DNA of 64,000 nucleotides, from assembly GCA_965644295.1 (NCBI GenBank), contig CBFFRP010000075.1, forward strand, positions 62,001 to 126,000, read 5' to 3'. The DNA comes from Paraphysomonas bandaiensis (taxonomy: Eukaryota > Protista > Chrysophyceae). The notes beneath the pieces are model-generated. The model ran no database searches, was not told the origin of the DNA, and was given only the letters and a program-made list of their open reading frames with translations. This document shows, piece after piece, positions 24,901-38,342 of the stretch; the stretch's first letter is position 1, and each line of letters starts with the position of its first letter. The position numbers were made by a program, and so were the translations under genes.

Positions 24901-26875
24901 TTGGCCATTACAATACAGTCGCCCACTTGGGCATGCATAGGACAGAGAATATCAGTGGCCATATATCGTGACTGCAGCGTAGAGCTCGTTCCATTACGAG
25001 GACCATAAGAAGCAGGTTCATACATTACCAACCTAGAGGGATCTCGCTGCCTTATGTACTGTGCCATTTTATCATGGATTTTTCCGTAGCCGCTTTTACT
25101 GCCAAGTGACCATGCAATCACACTGGGATGTATCTTGTCTCGCTCATACATACGAATTAAGCGCAACATACACGCCATCTCCCAGTCAGGAGCATCCAAC
25201 AGTCTGTCTAGACTGGAGAAATATATCTCCATATTTGCAACATCCACAACATAGATACCATACAGCGTGCAAAGTTCATATATCCAAGAATGATGGGGAT
25301 TATGTGCAGTTCGCAGTGCATTAAAATTATTTCTCTTCATCAACTGAATATCAGCTTCGATCAGCTGTCTGGACGAAACCGACCCAGATACAGGGTGGTG
25401 TTCACTTAGATTAGTCCCACGAATGAGTATCGGTTTACAGTTCACTCTGAGAAGTCCGTTGCTAATATCAACTGTGCGAAGCGCAACCCGACAAGATTCA
25501 GCTTGAATAGTATTCCCATCAGCCGAATTCCTCAACATAATAACGAGAGTGTACACGTAAGGCCTCTCGGCAGACCATAACTTCGGATGCTTGACAGAGT
25601 GTGCATGTGTAATGGTAGATGTCCAAAGTGATTGGGATCCAACTTCTAGAAATGTAGCGGAGCTTGAACTGATACCAGGCTGATCAGTGCTTTCCTGAGA
25701 GAATATCGGTGGAGGAGTGACAAGCTCCCTCACTTTCGACATAGGCTGTGTCTTGGGGTTATCAAATGCGAAGTATTGGGCACCATCTATGGGCCCAGCA
25801 GTAGATGCAGTCATTACACCCTCCTCATATAGAGCCGTACATACCGACCACTCAGCAGACGTATAGAAGAGATTTCGTCTTGGGTACACGCCGCCGTACT
25901 GAGCACTATCTGCCTGTGATATACGTCATTGCGGCAAAATTTGCACATCACATACTTACCACCTCCGTACTGAAATATGTATCAGGAGCAGCGGTGTCCC
26001 ATTCCAATTTGATTGAGATGAAGACTGTAGTTTTACCGTCTATAGATATCCTAGAGCTGTCATCCATTGACCAACTACATACAAAATATATAATTAACCT
26101 ACTCACAGTACATGTAGCACTTCGCATACCTGAAATCACATATACGTACAGGTTGTGGTAAGCTAACTATGTACACCTCCCGACATAAACCACTTAATTT
26201 CCAAGTTTGCTGGCTCTCCAGGCAACTACCGTCCGAATATTTCATAACAATAACCTCTAGACTGTTGGGGTGCCCATATTTTACATGGGATGATACATTG
26301 AACTCAGCAGGAAGTTTTGAGTCTTTTGAAAATCCCACAAACTGTCCATTAACCCATACGTATAGCGCACTATCGGCCCCACCGAAATGTAACCTTAGCT
26401 GCCGACTTATCCATTCACGTGGTACAACAAAGTCGTATTGGTAGTAACCGGCAGGGTTATCCGGCGGCACCTCACATTCGGGGTCTACATAATTATGTCG
26501 ATGTTGAATACTATCTCCACTACTTTCAAGTTGCCACGGACGTGGAACACAATAAGTACGACTTCGCTTGACTTCTCTGTCCCCCAGCAAATTGATAGCA
26601 TCTGTAAATGATTTGCACAGGCTAAACGCCCACTTGTTATCTAGAAAGAGAACAAACGGCGAACACTTAGGCTGTAGTACAAAATTGCGGGCGTCGATTT
26701 CGGATACAAAGCCCATCAGTGCACTGTGCGTCTCCAGTCTGTCCGTACCCTGAACCTTAGGGTTTAAATGATGGAGTTTTCTGTTCTTTCTTTTCCTGCG
26801 AACAACAGCTACAAGGAGCCAGCAGGAGGCCGTGAACAGAGCCATCTCCATCCATGAATTCATGGTCGCAAACAT
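21963..26875 (-). CDS. GH2 beta-galactosidase (LacZ-like), multi-exon, N-terminal TM anchor, degenerate active site
   Basis: FGGADSALYVWVNG, DSKLPAEFNVS, PKLWSAERPYVY, MKRNNFNALRTAH, LSEY, GNGPHENYPDRK and MGVGSGDNWS; exon boundaries only partly resolved. Confidence 0.85.
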
Positions 26876-27539
26876 TTACAAGATCTAGTTAAACTCCCTG
26901 TCAATACACCTCTTCTCCACTCTATTGACAACCTCTTGGACTGTCATCGATCATCACCGACACAATGCGAGGAAAGAATGATGTGTTTGAATTATATCAA
27001 CCATATCCAGTGGACTGGACCGTATGTTAATGAATAGAGAGGCGAAGCTGCTCGTATGACTCCATACATACACATATATACGCATATGTGGAGAGTTTAA
27101 CGAAGTGCTACTCTGCTATTGGAAGACACGCACACTTCATATCACTTATTATTTGGACTTTTTATCAATTGTTAAATTCGAAAAGTAGAAAATATGCTAA
27201 ATACCCTGAGATTTTGCCACCTGGAAAGTCGTACATTGGAAAAAGTGTTACACTGCTGATTGGTATAGGAATTCCGACATGTACTGTAAATACTGCTGTA
27301 TATTCTGTGTATACGATGAACCGGTGTACGGTATATTTCTGGATATACGTATATACGGATCATACTGATGGTTGTGTGTGTGGTGTCTTGGGGGTGTAGG
27401 ATTGCTGTGCAGGCGAAGGGTTTGTGGGCAGATACATACATACCAGCAACTCTGTACGGTATCAGACGGCAGATCATATCCACTAGTAACTACTGCTATT
27501 ATACTCTCGCTCCGTATATATCCATCCACCCTTATTGAG

Positions 27540-29765
27540 ATGCAAGACAATAGACTGGTGTGTGTGTGGCTCTCTGCTCTGTGTATGTTCATCTAGTGTA
27601 GGATGCTATCCCAGGGTGTGATAAGGACAATTGGGGTCAGCCGCATCAAGAAAGGAAGCCGTTCAGCACACGATACAACACCGATATAAAGGAGAAATGT
27701 GCGGCAGTGTTTGCCGCCAAGACACCTGCTGCTGATACGCTTGAAGGTAATCGCTAACATCACACTGGATCGTTGATGAGGTTTATTGGTAGGTGCTGAG
27801 GTAAACTATTACCCAACCACTGAACATTTCGGGCATTTCGATGGAATCGATATGGTTCCTGAAAATCATGATTTATTTCCCGCATATTCTCCATGGAGTA
27901 AGATGGACGCATCCAAAACCAAACCAGGTACAATACTGGGGAGAACATGCGACGCTGAGCAGGATGACGGTAGCGTTTGGACAGTAACTCGACTTGGCCC
28001 GTTTCGTACAACAGGTTAGATACCTTTGAAACGGTTTATTGTTTTATTTCTGTTTAGGATGCTACGATTGGACTCAGGTTGGATGGGATAATGCGTTTGA
28101 CATGGAGGAGAAGCTGAAAAAGTATCCAGATGGTGTATTTGTTGTTGAACAATTTTCTGGCCCTGTGACGGAGGTGAAATAACCACAATTGATATAAAAA
28201 TTTGGCTGACTGTGTTGTAGGACGGAACTCGTCTTAGCCACCCGCCGATACATATCCATCACATTCATGTTGGACCAAAGCCAGGAATTCGTCAGCGGCA
28301 GGATGGAGTAAAATGTATGCTCTCCGATAATTATGATGACTGCTATGACCCAACTAGGTACCGCTAGTGTTATGAAGTTCTCCCTGACATTTTAACAATT
28401 AGTTTACATTAGAGTTCTGGAGCACCATGGGGATTACCAATGCACAGAAGAAGAAGGAGGGCTAGACTGCCTGTCTGAGACTGTTCCCGATGGATATGGG
28501 AAGCTGATCACATACCCTCTTGGTATAGAGGGCGATATGAACGATGTACGGGCGTGTGGAAGCCCTCCTCTTGAGTACTACTACCAGTTGGGTGTGAGAT
28601 GGGTACCTAAAGTCGCTGCGGATGGAACAGTTTCACCTTTGAAACCCCTGAACTTTTACAACTTCATTGGTCCAGGAAACATGAACTTCAATGACCAACT
28701 CACCTACATCATGACATACCAGAGCCCCACAGATCGGGATACTCTATTCTGGTGAGTTTTGTTCATGGTAATAGTTTGTCTTTGTAAATTTTCGTTTGAT
28801 TTAGGTACACTGGTCGAATGCCACACTCGGGTGAAATGTTGAGAAACAAAGTTCATGTCCACAACAAGATTTTCAAGGAGGCTTTGGTCTTTGCTGCAAC
28901 TCCACATGAATTGGGCCTCACAAAGCAGAATAAGCTTATGCCAGATAAAGCTTATAACACAGTTGATATTAAGGCAGCTGGGTTTTCTGACCACGATGCT
29001 GTGAAAAAGTTCCTCCTTCGCAATCTGGATGAGTCAGGAAAAGCTTACGACTCGCGTGTGTCTACTACAAAAGTGTCAGATTTTGACTACCTGACCGATG
29101 ATTTTCACAGCAGAGAACGCCCGAAAGCTGTATGTCAAGTACTTCAGAGTCTGGAAGAGCATGACGGCTACTTTTATGATCGCCGGGAGCCAACTTGCTG
29201 CGCTCCGTGGCATATTAAGAAGGGCGACATTTTCACGGTGGTGGGATTTAACGCGAAACTTGATTACAAAGTTGGACCTCACACCGACAAGATTCCAAAG
29301 ACATCTCCTGCACATGTTAGCCTGTGGATGTCGTGGGCGAATGAAGAGGATCCTCCAGTTAGTCGTTTTGGGATTCGAGGGCATAATCAAGAGCCTAGTG
29401 GAGGACTTCTGAATCCAAAATTTTTTCCAGCGACCCAAAAGATAGCTTACATGCTACATGGAGGAGTCATTTCAAACCACCAGGCCGTTTATCACGACAA
29501 GTACATTGAAAGTACTGTTATTATTACAGTCCTACGTAACCCTATCTCTTCGCTTCTCTTGCTTGTCGGTGTTGTAGCCCTTTCGATATACAGTTGTGTT
29601 CGCCGATGTTCTGGGGGGAAAAAGGCTGTTACACGCAAGGAGTTTGAAATGACGGGCCATGCGACGAAAACATGTCCTGATCCTGAGTCTCTTGTTCGCA
29701 CAGTGGCAGATGCAGTGACAAAGTCTTCAGAGGAAGAAATGGTTCGTGCGATGAAGAGTAACTAA
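27540..29765 (+). CDS. Multi-exon hypothetical protein with His clusters and a C-terminal TM helix
   Basis: Several short GT-AG introns join open frames containing PPIHIHHIHV, EHHGDYQC and KVHVH; TM segment ISSLLLLVGVVALSIYSCV; the start is uncertain. Confidence 0.6.
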
Positions 29766-30199
29766 TGGAAGTGATGCGCAAGTGAAACATTTGCTTTCTG
29801 TCCAGTTTGATGCAAGTTGCATATCCTGTTTAAAATACTGTGACGGCAGTTAGAATAATTTAGTGATAAAACAAGATGAGCCTATCGTATATCAAGTCGG
29901 CGTTCGAGTTTTATGTACTCCAGAAATTCTCTAAGTTAAAATACAACAAGTATTATGATTACTTAATTTTGGGTCATGAGCAAAGTAAAAAGCAGCGGCT
30001 AGTGTATCTTATCAGAGCTATGTATATGTTACAATGAATAGAAAATAGACTAAAAATACGACCATGAAAGTATGAAATAAGAAACTACGTGGTTACCGAA
30101 AGTGTCATAGCAGTGTTGTAACAGAGGCCCTCAACATGTTGGAAATTGCTCATTTTAAGCTAGATCACAGAGAGAATTTGTCGTAAGACTAGATAGATT

Positions 30200-32660
30200 T
30201 ATTAATAACGTTTACACGAAGTTGTGATAAACAACACTAACTCATTTTAATCTACGCATAATACCCTACATATGCGAACCTCTCGTTACTGAACATATCT
30301 TGAAAGATCAAACTATTTCAGTTTCTCAATATATATCATCACAGCATTTGTACATCACTATATTTCACTGTATTCTTGTACATTGTCTTCAAGTGACATA
30401 CTGAATATATACTAGAATAAAATCCATATTCTAATACTCCCACTTAATGTAGAATGCAGTGAGACAAAACAACAGTGATCACAATAATCTTTATGCTATG
30501 ACTATCTAGTCCAATTTAGGTAAAATAGATGTGAAATCTTTTAAAGATACATATATTATAACTAGCAGTCAATGTAGGATTTTCACCCACTAAAACACAC
30601 CTTTAACCTCTTCGGGGTCGTTTCTTCTGCTGCTCCTCCAATCTGTTTGACACACTCCTCTTAACCCCGGTAATCGTTTTCTCATGACGGCTGAAGATCT
30701 TCGTGGACAATGCCTTTGTAAAAATATCAGCCGCCATATCATCCATAGATACATGAATCAACTTTGCTGTAGGAAAGTTTCCATTAACATGTTCTCTTAT
30801 CCAGTGATACTTGATGTCAATATGCTTCGACCTCTTATGATACACTGGATTCTCTGAAAGATCCTTTGCACTCTTACTATCCATAAAGAATGGAGTCGGC
30901 TTCGCTACCAAGAGTCCGAGCTTCTTGAACACCCCCCGAAGCCACACCAGTTCTTGCATAGCCGCATACTCCGCCATATTATACTCAGATTCCATGCTTG
31001 AAGTCGCAAGTTACTGTGGTCTGAAGCTTGGACTGCCAGGCCAAAGCGCCCGCACATAAAAACACGATGTAACCCGTTGTGGATCGCCTACTAGCCATCC
31101 TATCACCAGCCCAATCTGAATCACTGAATACATGTAAATCAAGCTCACTCCCACTAAATCTGAGGCCCTCATCAACTGTACCACGTAAATATTTGAACAA
31201 ATGAATAGCTAATCTGTAAGCCGCATATGTTGGAGGAGTACTAAATCGAGCTAATAAAACCCCACAGCATAAGCCAGATCAGGTCTAGTATGAATCGCCA
31301 AATGCAACACCGCTCCAATAATTCCTCTATACGGAAATGATTCAACCCATTGCTTCTACTCCTCCGTCAGCTCACGTTGCTCTGCCAACAAACCTGAACA
31401 TTGGTAGGTAGTGGAGTCTCCTTGTTCTTACTGCTCTTTCCCATAAACGAACTGAATTTCTTGACAATAATATTATTGGCATATATTCCGATTGATCTCT
31501 AACATTATGATATGTACCAGTCTTCACCTCTCGTGATTCTGATAGGATATATATTTAAAAACCTTTTGCACACACCCAAATCGTGCGTCTCAAACGTTTC
31601 GCAGAACCTACGTTTTTATTAACACTTTTTCTAAGTAGGTGAGATCAGCAGATGCAGCAGATGCAAAAAAATGCAAAGTGTAATTGTTGACCATCATTAT
31701 ACTCCATCATCGCATATATAAGCATGTATCTAAAATGCAAGCAGTAAAATGTAACGATTTGATAAACTAGTCAATATTTTTGTTCCACTGCCTCGGTGAG
31801 GAGGACTGCAATCCATACAATGCCTTGATCAATTGAAAGCATCACCCCGCTGGCAATTCTTTTTCAGGTGGAGGTGCCATATAAACATCCTCTTCAAGAT
31901 CGGCATAACAAAACGCTGATGATACGTCCAACTGATGCACGTGCATATGAAACATAAACGCTATTGCTAGGACCAGTCGAATGGTTATATCCCTTTCATC
32001 ACTCACTGGAGCAAACGTGGACTACTCCTCCTCCGTTTTCTCTCTTGTAGATTTCCTAAATTGCAATCAGCAGCGCCTTATACTTATTAACTATATTCCC
32101 CAGAATATCTCTCTTCACCGTGTGCACGTACTTTGCTCTCACCAATTTCATTCCACGTGGAGTCCGCACAATCTTTAAGACACGTCTCTTCAGCAGTGAA
32201 GTATTCTTCACCTTCCGAACTTGTCGCCATTTCTCGTACTGTGGAGATCTCTCTGCTTCGGCATACGAGTCCGGTATCTTAATATTATCCTCTTGTTTCA
32301 ACTCTGCATGTTGTAATTTTTAGCAGTATATAATATGCATCTGGCACCTCTACCATATTTATCTCTCCCAATACCGATGCATTCGCCAATCTACGCTGCA
32401 GCCGTTTCCTCCGTATACGACCATCACCATCTAGTTCAATTGGTCGACGAGGTATATACGAACCCCTACCTTCTTGCTCATCCTGAGCCCGCAAATTTTG
32501 CGGTGTGGGAGGAGCCCCGCTCGCACCCCCAGACCCACGGTCTGTCGAGGTCTTCAACCTCACGACTGTCTCTTGACAGGTTGGGTCAGGACTCTCCTCT
32601 GGAACTCTCTAGGTCTTCCCTGGTCCAGCTCCCTGGCTGGCGTAGTACTCAGGGCGTCCA
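30200..32660 (-). mobile_element. Decayed, 5'-truncated copia element (second family) with one 3' LTR at about 30200-30436
   Basis: Frameshifted RT/RNase H (FSDSDW, RRSTTG, KRSKHIDIKYHW, ADIFTK), PPT agtgggag (minus, 30437-30444), LTR apparently bounded TATT...AATA. Confidence 0.85.
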
Positions 32661-32971
32661 CTAGTGAAATAATGGAGAAGTTCAAAAGAAGTTTAAAAGA
32701 AGTTCATAAGGTAGTTCGCTCAAGTTCAAAAGCAGTTCATATTCTGGAGTATATTCTGGATACGAGTGTATGTATAGGAGTTCTATGAGCTATATACGAG
32801 AACAAAAGCGTCGTTTTTTCATCGCCTTATCCAAAAAAACATACCGCAGAAGCTAATCAGAAATGGAGATTTTGTCAATAAAAAAGAGTCCCTCCAACAC
32901 ACTGTGGGGACACGAATCTTTGTCGTGATGATAACTTGATTGCAGTGAAATTGTGATTGTATAGGAATAGC

Positions 32972-33279
32972 TATTAATTTAAGCTTTTAGTTAGTGCAAT
33001 ATTGACTGATTGATATTATAGGAGATATATAGTAAGTTTATGATGTTGTAGCACTGTGAGTTAGGAACCACGTCATTCACCAACATCAACATTCTATTCT
33101 ACAATCATATCTTTAACAGCTACTATATTTTCAGTTTCTTTGTATACTTGTAATAGCTACTCCTATACTGTAGTCATGTATATTCTGTATTTCATTGCTA
33201 CATAGAATACAGGATAACTACTAGCGATTGGCTTTACCAAACTTCAAGTACGCACGTAGGAGTTGGTTGTAGTTCAATA
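32972..33279 (-). mobile_element. Solo LTR of the 9.1-14.3 kb copia family
   Basis: Reverse complement of the 307-bp LTR with few differences; flanked by 5-bp TSD atagc on both sides. Confidence 0.95.
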
Positions 33280-34269
33280 ATAGCAAATGCTAGGCGGCTG
33301 ACTAAAGTGTGACGTCGAACAGAACATTGAAGTATTGACAGCGTTTTGGAACTCCAAGAAGCAGATTAGGGATGGTTTGAGGGAACAAGTTATCGTCATC
33401 CAGCTGAAATCTTGATGTCGTGTTGCAGAAACCGCAACTTCAATTTTGAAGTAGCAAATGTCACGTACTTAGTTAGTAATTTGGAATTCCAATAAGCAAT
33501 TTGATTTGTGCTATTATTAACTGTAAGTTCGTATAGCAAGCTTCAATTCTAACTGTCTATGCGGGAGAGCTATTTATCGACAGTTAGAATTATCGACAAA
33601 ATGAGCGTGACAAGTGGGTTCCCATGACCTGTAGAAATGTGAGAGTGTATGTCTCGAGGTTATTGAAGATGACGCAAGCACTATGCCTATTAGTATTGGA
33701 GGGGAGTAAAGCATTAGAAATGCGCAGTGAAAGTTCAGTCCGAGTACGTCGTTGATTATTGTGCTGATTTACAGCATTAAACCGTGTTTGAAATGGAAAA
33801 AGAAGACCATGCAGGTGAGGTAGTGGATATGCTCAACTTACTGAGCAATGCTCTCAGTCGTGGTATAAAGAGAAATGCATCAGAAATGGCTTTCAGCTCC
33901 AGAGACTCCTGGCTAGTGTCAGGTAATAAGTAGTGGTAGTAGAGACCTAGAGACTAGAGTGTGTAGCTGGAGTACTATTGGGCTGTTGAGTAATAATCAG
34001 TTCATTCATTGTATGTTCAGTTATTGCTTTTCTGTTACATGCGCAAGCAATAATGAGAACTAGATGGTACTGTAATGAACTATAAGATTAGGTGAAATTT
34101 CTATATGCTCAAGATTTGTCGTTAATTTGCAGCAAACGCATGCATGTGTATGTATGTGTGTATGTTTCAACCCGTAGATAGTATGCATAAACTATTAGAA
34201 ATGATACAGCACAAACTTACTCAACTACTCTTAACTCTTAACGATACTATGTCTATCTGCTATAGGCAT

Positions 34270-35068
34270 CAGGGATAGGGAACAATATATTGTATTGCAA
34301 TACATTGTACAATATATTGCAATATATTGTAAAATATATTGATTGGTGGACTGGTCAAATATTCCATCAATAGTGTTTCTGCTAAAAGAGCTCACAATAC
34401 TATTGCAATATATTGCAATCAATATTATGATAGTCATATAAGAGAAGATTCTCAACTGTAGGGTGCAAAATGGATATAAATAACCGAGATATTGATTACA
34501 ACATTACAAAGGATAATGAAGCTGATGTTGACTATACGACTAAAAATCTTCAGTCAGCTCAAAAAATTAAGAAACGTACAGATCCACGAGTCATTAACGG
34601 TTGCCTGGCCTTGGTATGTACTTCCAATACATGGGAACGTCTGTTCAGCACAGCTAAACATATTATATCAGTGTTGCGCAAAAGTATCCATCCTACTTAA
34701 TATGCTGTTGTTTTAGAAAGCTCTTCGACAGTTATGGCCGGATACTAACATATTTCAATTAATTCTGTGGATGAATATGGTGATGTTGACCTCACCGATG
34801 ATGGCTCAGAGGATGAGGACGAGGTGGATTTTTAGTAGCTATAAGCAGCAGTTGGTTTGGTTGTCATGTGATCTTAATGACTAATACTAAAAATGAAATC
34901 TACGGATGTGTTTACCTACTGATTAGTCAAACTAATATATCGCAATACATTGACAATATATTGCAATATATTGTAATTGTATTGTAGGACCGGTTTAAAA
35001 AATCCATCAATACTATTGATGGAACGCTATCTAACAATAGTATTGCAATATATTGTTCCCTATCCCTG
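34270..35068 (+). mobile_element. hAT-family non-autonomous element, copy 2 (uninterrupted, 799 bp)
   Basis: Same TIR as copy 1, 8-bp TSD ataggcat (34262-34269 / 35069-35076); it shows the empty tatat site. Confidence 0.93.
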
Positions 35069-35119
35069 ATAGGCATCATAAACACTATATAGTATAAATA
35101 ACTGTACATTCAAGTGAAG

Positions 35120-35228
35120 TATATAGTGTTACTAAGTTGTTACTAAGTGTGAATAGAAGTAAGTTTTCATACTATATAGTGTTACTAAGTTGTTACTAAG
35201 TGTGAACAGAAGTAAGTGTTACTAAGTA
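35120..35228. repeat. Short tandem duplication
   Basis: tatatagtgttactaagttgttactaagtgtgaa(t/c)agaagtaagt occurs twice, plus a partial third gttactaagt. Confidence 0.7.
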
Positions 35229-35477
35229 TCATATATATTCATATCACTACTTACACATGAAAATATATCACATGTAGGTCTCGACTGGCCACATGGGGCA
35301 GTCTGTTATTTTTAGTTGAACAAATACTGACTGTCCTGCTTACTACTATACACAACTAATTGATAGCATATCAAAACTATGGTCAGTAAAACCTGGTAAC
35401 ACCACACTAACGATACCACATTGTCTACAAGGAATGTGGTAGCGTAGATATCCATCGTAGTAAAGCTATCTAAGGCT

Positions 35478-36927
35478 TTAATTACTACTATTGCGCTTGC
35501 GTTTTTGAAGCGCACGTGACTTGCTATCTCGCACATGATTCAATATTTTCTTGACACCAGTAGTCAACCCATACTTCTTTGCATCTAACTCTTCCAACCA
35601 CCTCGCCTATACAGCGTCAATAACAAATATCTAAAAAAATGTAATGGGTCACCTCCCGCTCCCCATCTGCAAAGGCTCCACTCCACTGATCTTGAAGAGA
35701 TCGACGAACTTTAGCTTGCAAAGCACCAGCATCAACATAAATTACAAATAAGTGCATAAGGTGACGTTGATGAGAAAATATATGCACCAGAGGAGAATCG
35801 AATCGTCGCACCTCCAGCACAGGGAAACGTTTAGATGAATCGTACTTCGTTTTGTACTCAGGGCAGCATTTGCTATCCTCCACCTGCATATCATCCGGTA
35901 ATCCGGTGAATATAATGCCGAAGACTGATTGTAAAGTGCTGAGAGCACTGCACCAGTTGGGGGAAGTGTCAATATCGGATATTTGCAATGAGGGAAACTC
36001 CCACTGTCCAGCAAGGAGACCAGTAGTCGGGCGCCTTACAAATAAGAACCGCAGGTTTGGGACGTTAGAGGAGATGTTTCCGGATCTCACGCATACGACG
36101 CTGATAATAAATCTTACATCGACCGGTGGCTTCCGAGGTGCTTTCACTGGGAATGCAGTAACAGAGGAAATACAAAACGCATTATCAGCATCCTCAATAT
36201 CAATTTCTGCCCCCTCTTGCTCCACCCCACACAGCTTTTGAGCAATACACATCCGGTGCAACGGGCAGTTGTCACAATTTGGATTCACTGGCTTGCATAC
36301 TGTGGCTCCCAATTCCATTAAAGCTTGATTGAATGCTCCGGGCTGACTCGGATCAACCAAATCCTGTGCAATCACGCGACTCACTTTTTCCAATTTCGAC
36401 CCAACCGGAATACTAATCGCTCTTAATCGGGAAAGAACTCTCATTACGTTCCCATCAACAGCACATTCAGGTAGATTGTGTGCAATGGACAATATCGCTC
36501 CTGCAGTATATGGACCAATTCCTGGAATTTTAAGTAATTCTTCACTAGTTCGAGGAAGACAGCCGTCATACTTGTCCATAATAACCTGTGCAGCCTCTAA
36601 CAGTTGCTTGGCACGTCTGTAATACCCCAGACCTGCCCACACTGCATTAACATCGTCAAGAGACGCGGCTGCAAGGGCAGATACAGTGGGGAATATCTTC
36701 ATCCAGTTAAACCAGTAGGAGATAACTGTCTCCACTCGTGTCTGCTGTAGCATGACTTCACTGATCCATGTGCCATATTCAGAACAAGGAGGGGGAGGCG
36801 GATAGCCGTCTATCTCATCTCCTCTCCACGGCAGCTTACGTCTATTTATATTATACCAATCAACCAGACGCTTTCTGATAATAATGATATCAGCCTCTGA
36901 CAACAAGTACTTCTTATCTACTGTCAT
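35478..36927 (-). CDS. MUTYH: A/G-specific adenine DNA glycosylase MutY/MUTYH (one 3' intron)
   Basis: RRKLPWR, WISEVMLQQTRV, WAGLGYYRRA, IPGIGPYTAGAI, VDGNVMRV, 4Fe-4S CKPVNPNCDNCPLHRMC and GLLAGQWEFP; likely start MTVDKKY at 36927. Confidence 0.93.
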
Positions 36928-37016
36928 CTGAAGAATCACGCCGACGGCAATGAATAGATATGAAGTGCAGCTGAATCGACCCCTCCAAGCTATACCCACA
37001 CAACACGATGTACAGA

Positions 37017-38126
37017 ATGTATGTATGTATGTATGTATGTATGTATGTATGTATGTATGTATGTATGTATGTATGTATGTATGTATGTATGTATGTATGT
37101 ATGTATGTATGTATGTGTGTATGTATGTATGTATGTATGTATGTAGGTATGTAGGTATGTATGTATGTATGTATGTATGTATGTATGTATGTATGTATGT
37201 ATGTGTATGTATGTATGCATGTATGTATGTATGTATGTATGTATGTATGTATGTATGTATGTATGTATGTATGTATGTATGTATGTATGTATGTATGTAT
37301 GTATGTATGTATGTATGTATGTATGTATGTATGTATGTATGTATGTATGTATGTATGTATGTATGTATGTATGTATGTATGTATGTATGTATGTATGTAT
37401 GTATGTATGTATGTATGTATGTATGTATGTATGTATGTATGTATGTATGTATGTATGTATGTATGTATGTATGTATGTATGTATGTACTGTATGTATGTA
37501 TGTATGTATGTATGTATGTATGTATGTATGTGTATGTATGTATGCATGTATGTATGTATGTATGTATGTATGTATGTATGTATGTATGTATGTATGTATG
37601 TATGTATGTATGTATGTATGTATGTATGTATGTATGTATGTATGTATGTATGTATGTATGTATGTATGTATGTATGTATGTATGTATGTATGTATGTATG
37701 TATGTATGTATGTATGTATGTATGTATGTATGTATGTATGTATGTATGTATGTATGTATGTATGTATGTATGTATGTATGTATGTATGTATGTATGTATG
37801 TATGTATGTACGTATGTATGTATGTATGTATGTATGTATGTATGTATGTATGTATGTATGTATGTATGTATGTATGTATGTATGTATGTATGTATGTATG
37901 TATGTATGTATGTATGTACTGTATGTATGTATGTATGCATGTATGTATGTATGTATGTATGTATGTATGTATGTATGTATGTATGTATGTATGTATGTAT
38001 GTATGTATGTATGTATGTATGTATGTATGTATGTATGTACTGTATGTATGTATGTATGCATGTATGTATGTATGTATGTATGTATGTATGTATGTATGTA
38101 TGTATGTATGTATGTATGCATGTATG
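37017..38126. repeat. (TATG)n microsatellite, about 1.1 kb
   Basis: Near-perfect tetranucleotide array with recurring variant units. Confidence 0.98.
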
Positions 38127-38342
38127 TTGTGTGTTTGTTGCGCATGATTGAAGTGATGTATATATATGTCTATAGAGTAGTGTTGGTGTTTGTTATATTG
38201 GACATTCCCACCGCAAGCGTTAAGGGATTTTATATTATTTATTTTCTGTATCAGCAATCGTCAAATTTAATTTAAAGGGAGTTGAGGATATCATTAGTTT
38301 GTTAAGTTGTGACGAGGTTTGTCTTACACTGATATTGAGGCT

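Noticed and set aside
30200-33279. Treating the 32972-33279 LTR as the 5' LTR of the decayed copia
   Set aside because: It has its own atagc TSD and matches the other family, not the 30200-30436 LTR.
33300-34000. Coding-like sequence between the solo LTR and the MITE
   Set aside because: Interrupted by stops with no recognisable motif; probably decayed TE but not supportable.
36914-38275. Long HTYI/MYVC-repeat ORFs and an apparent 842-aa MutY fusion
   Set aside because: Artefact of a stop-free (TATG)n array; MutY homology begins at MTVDKKY (36927).
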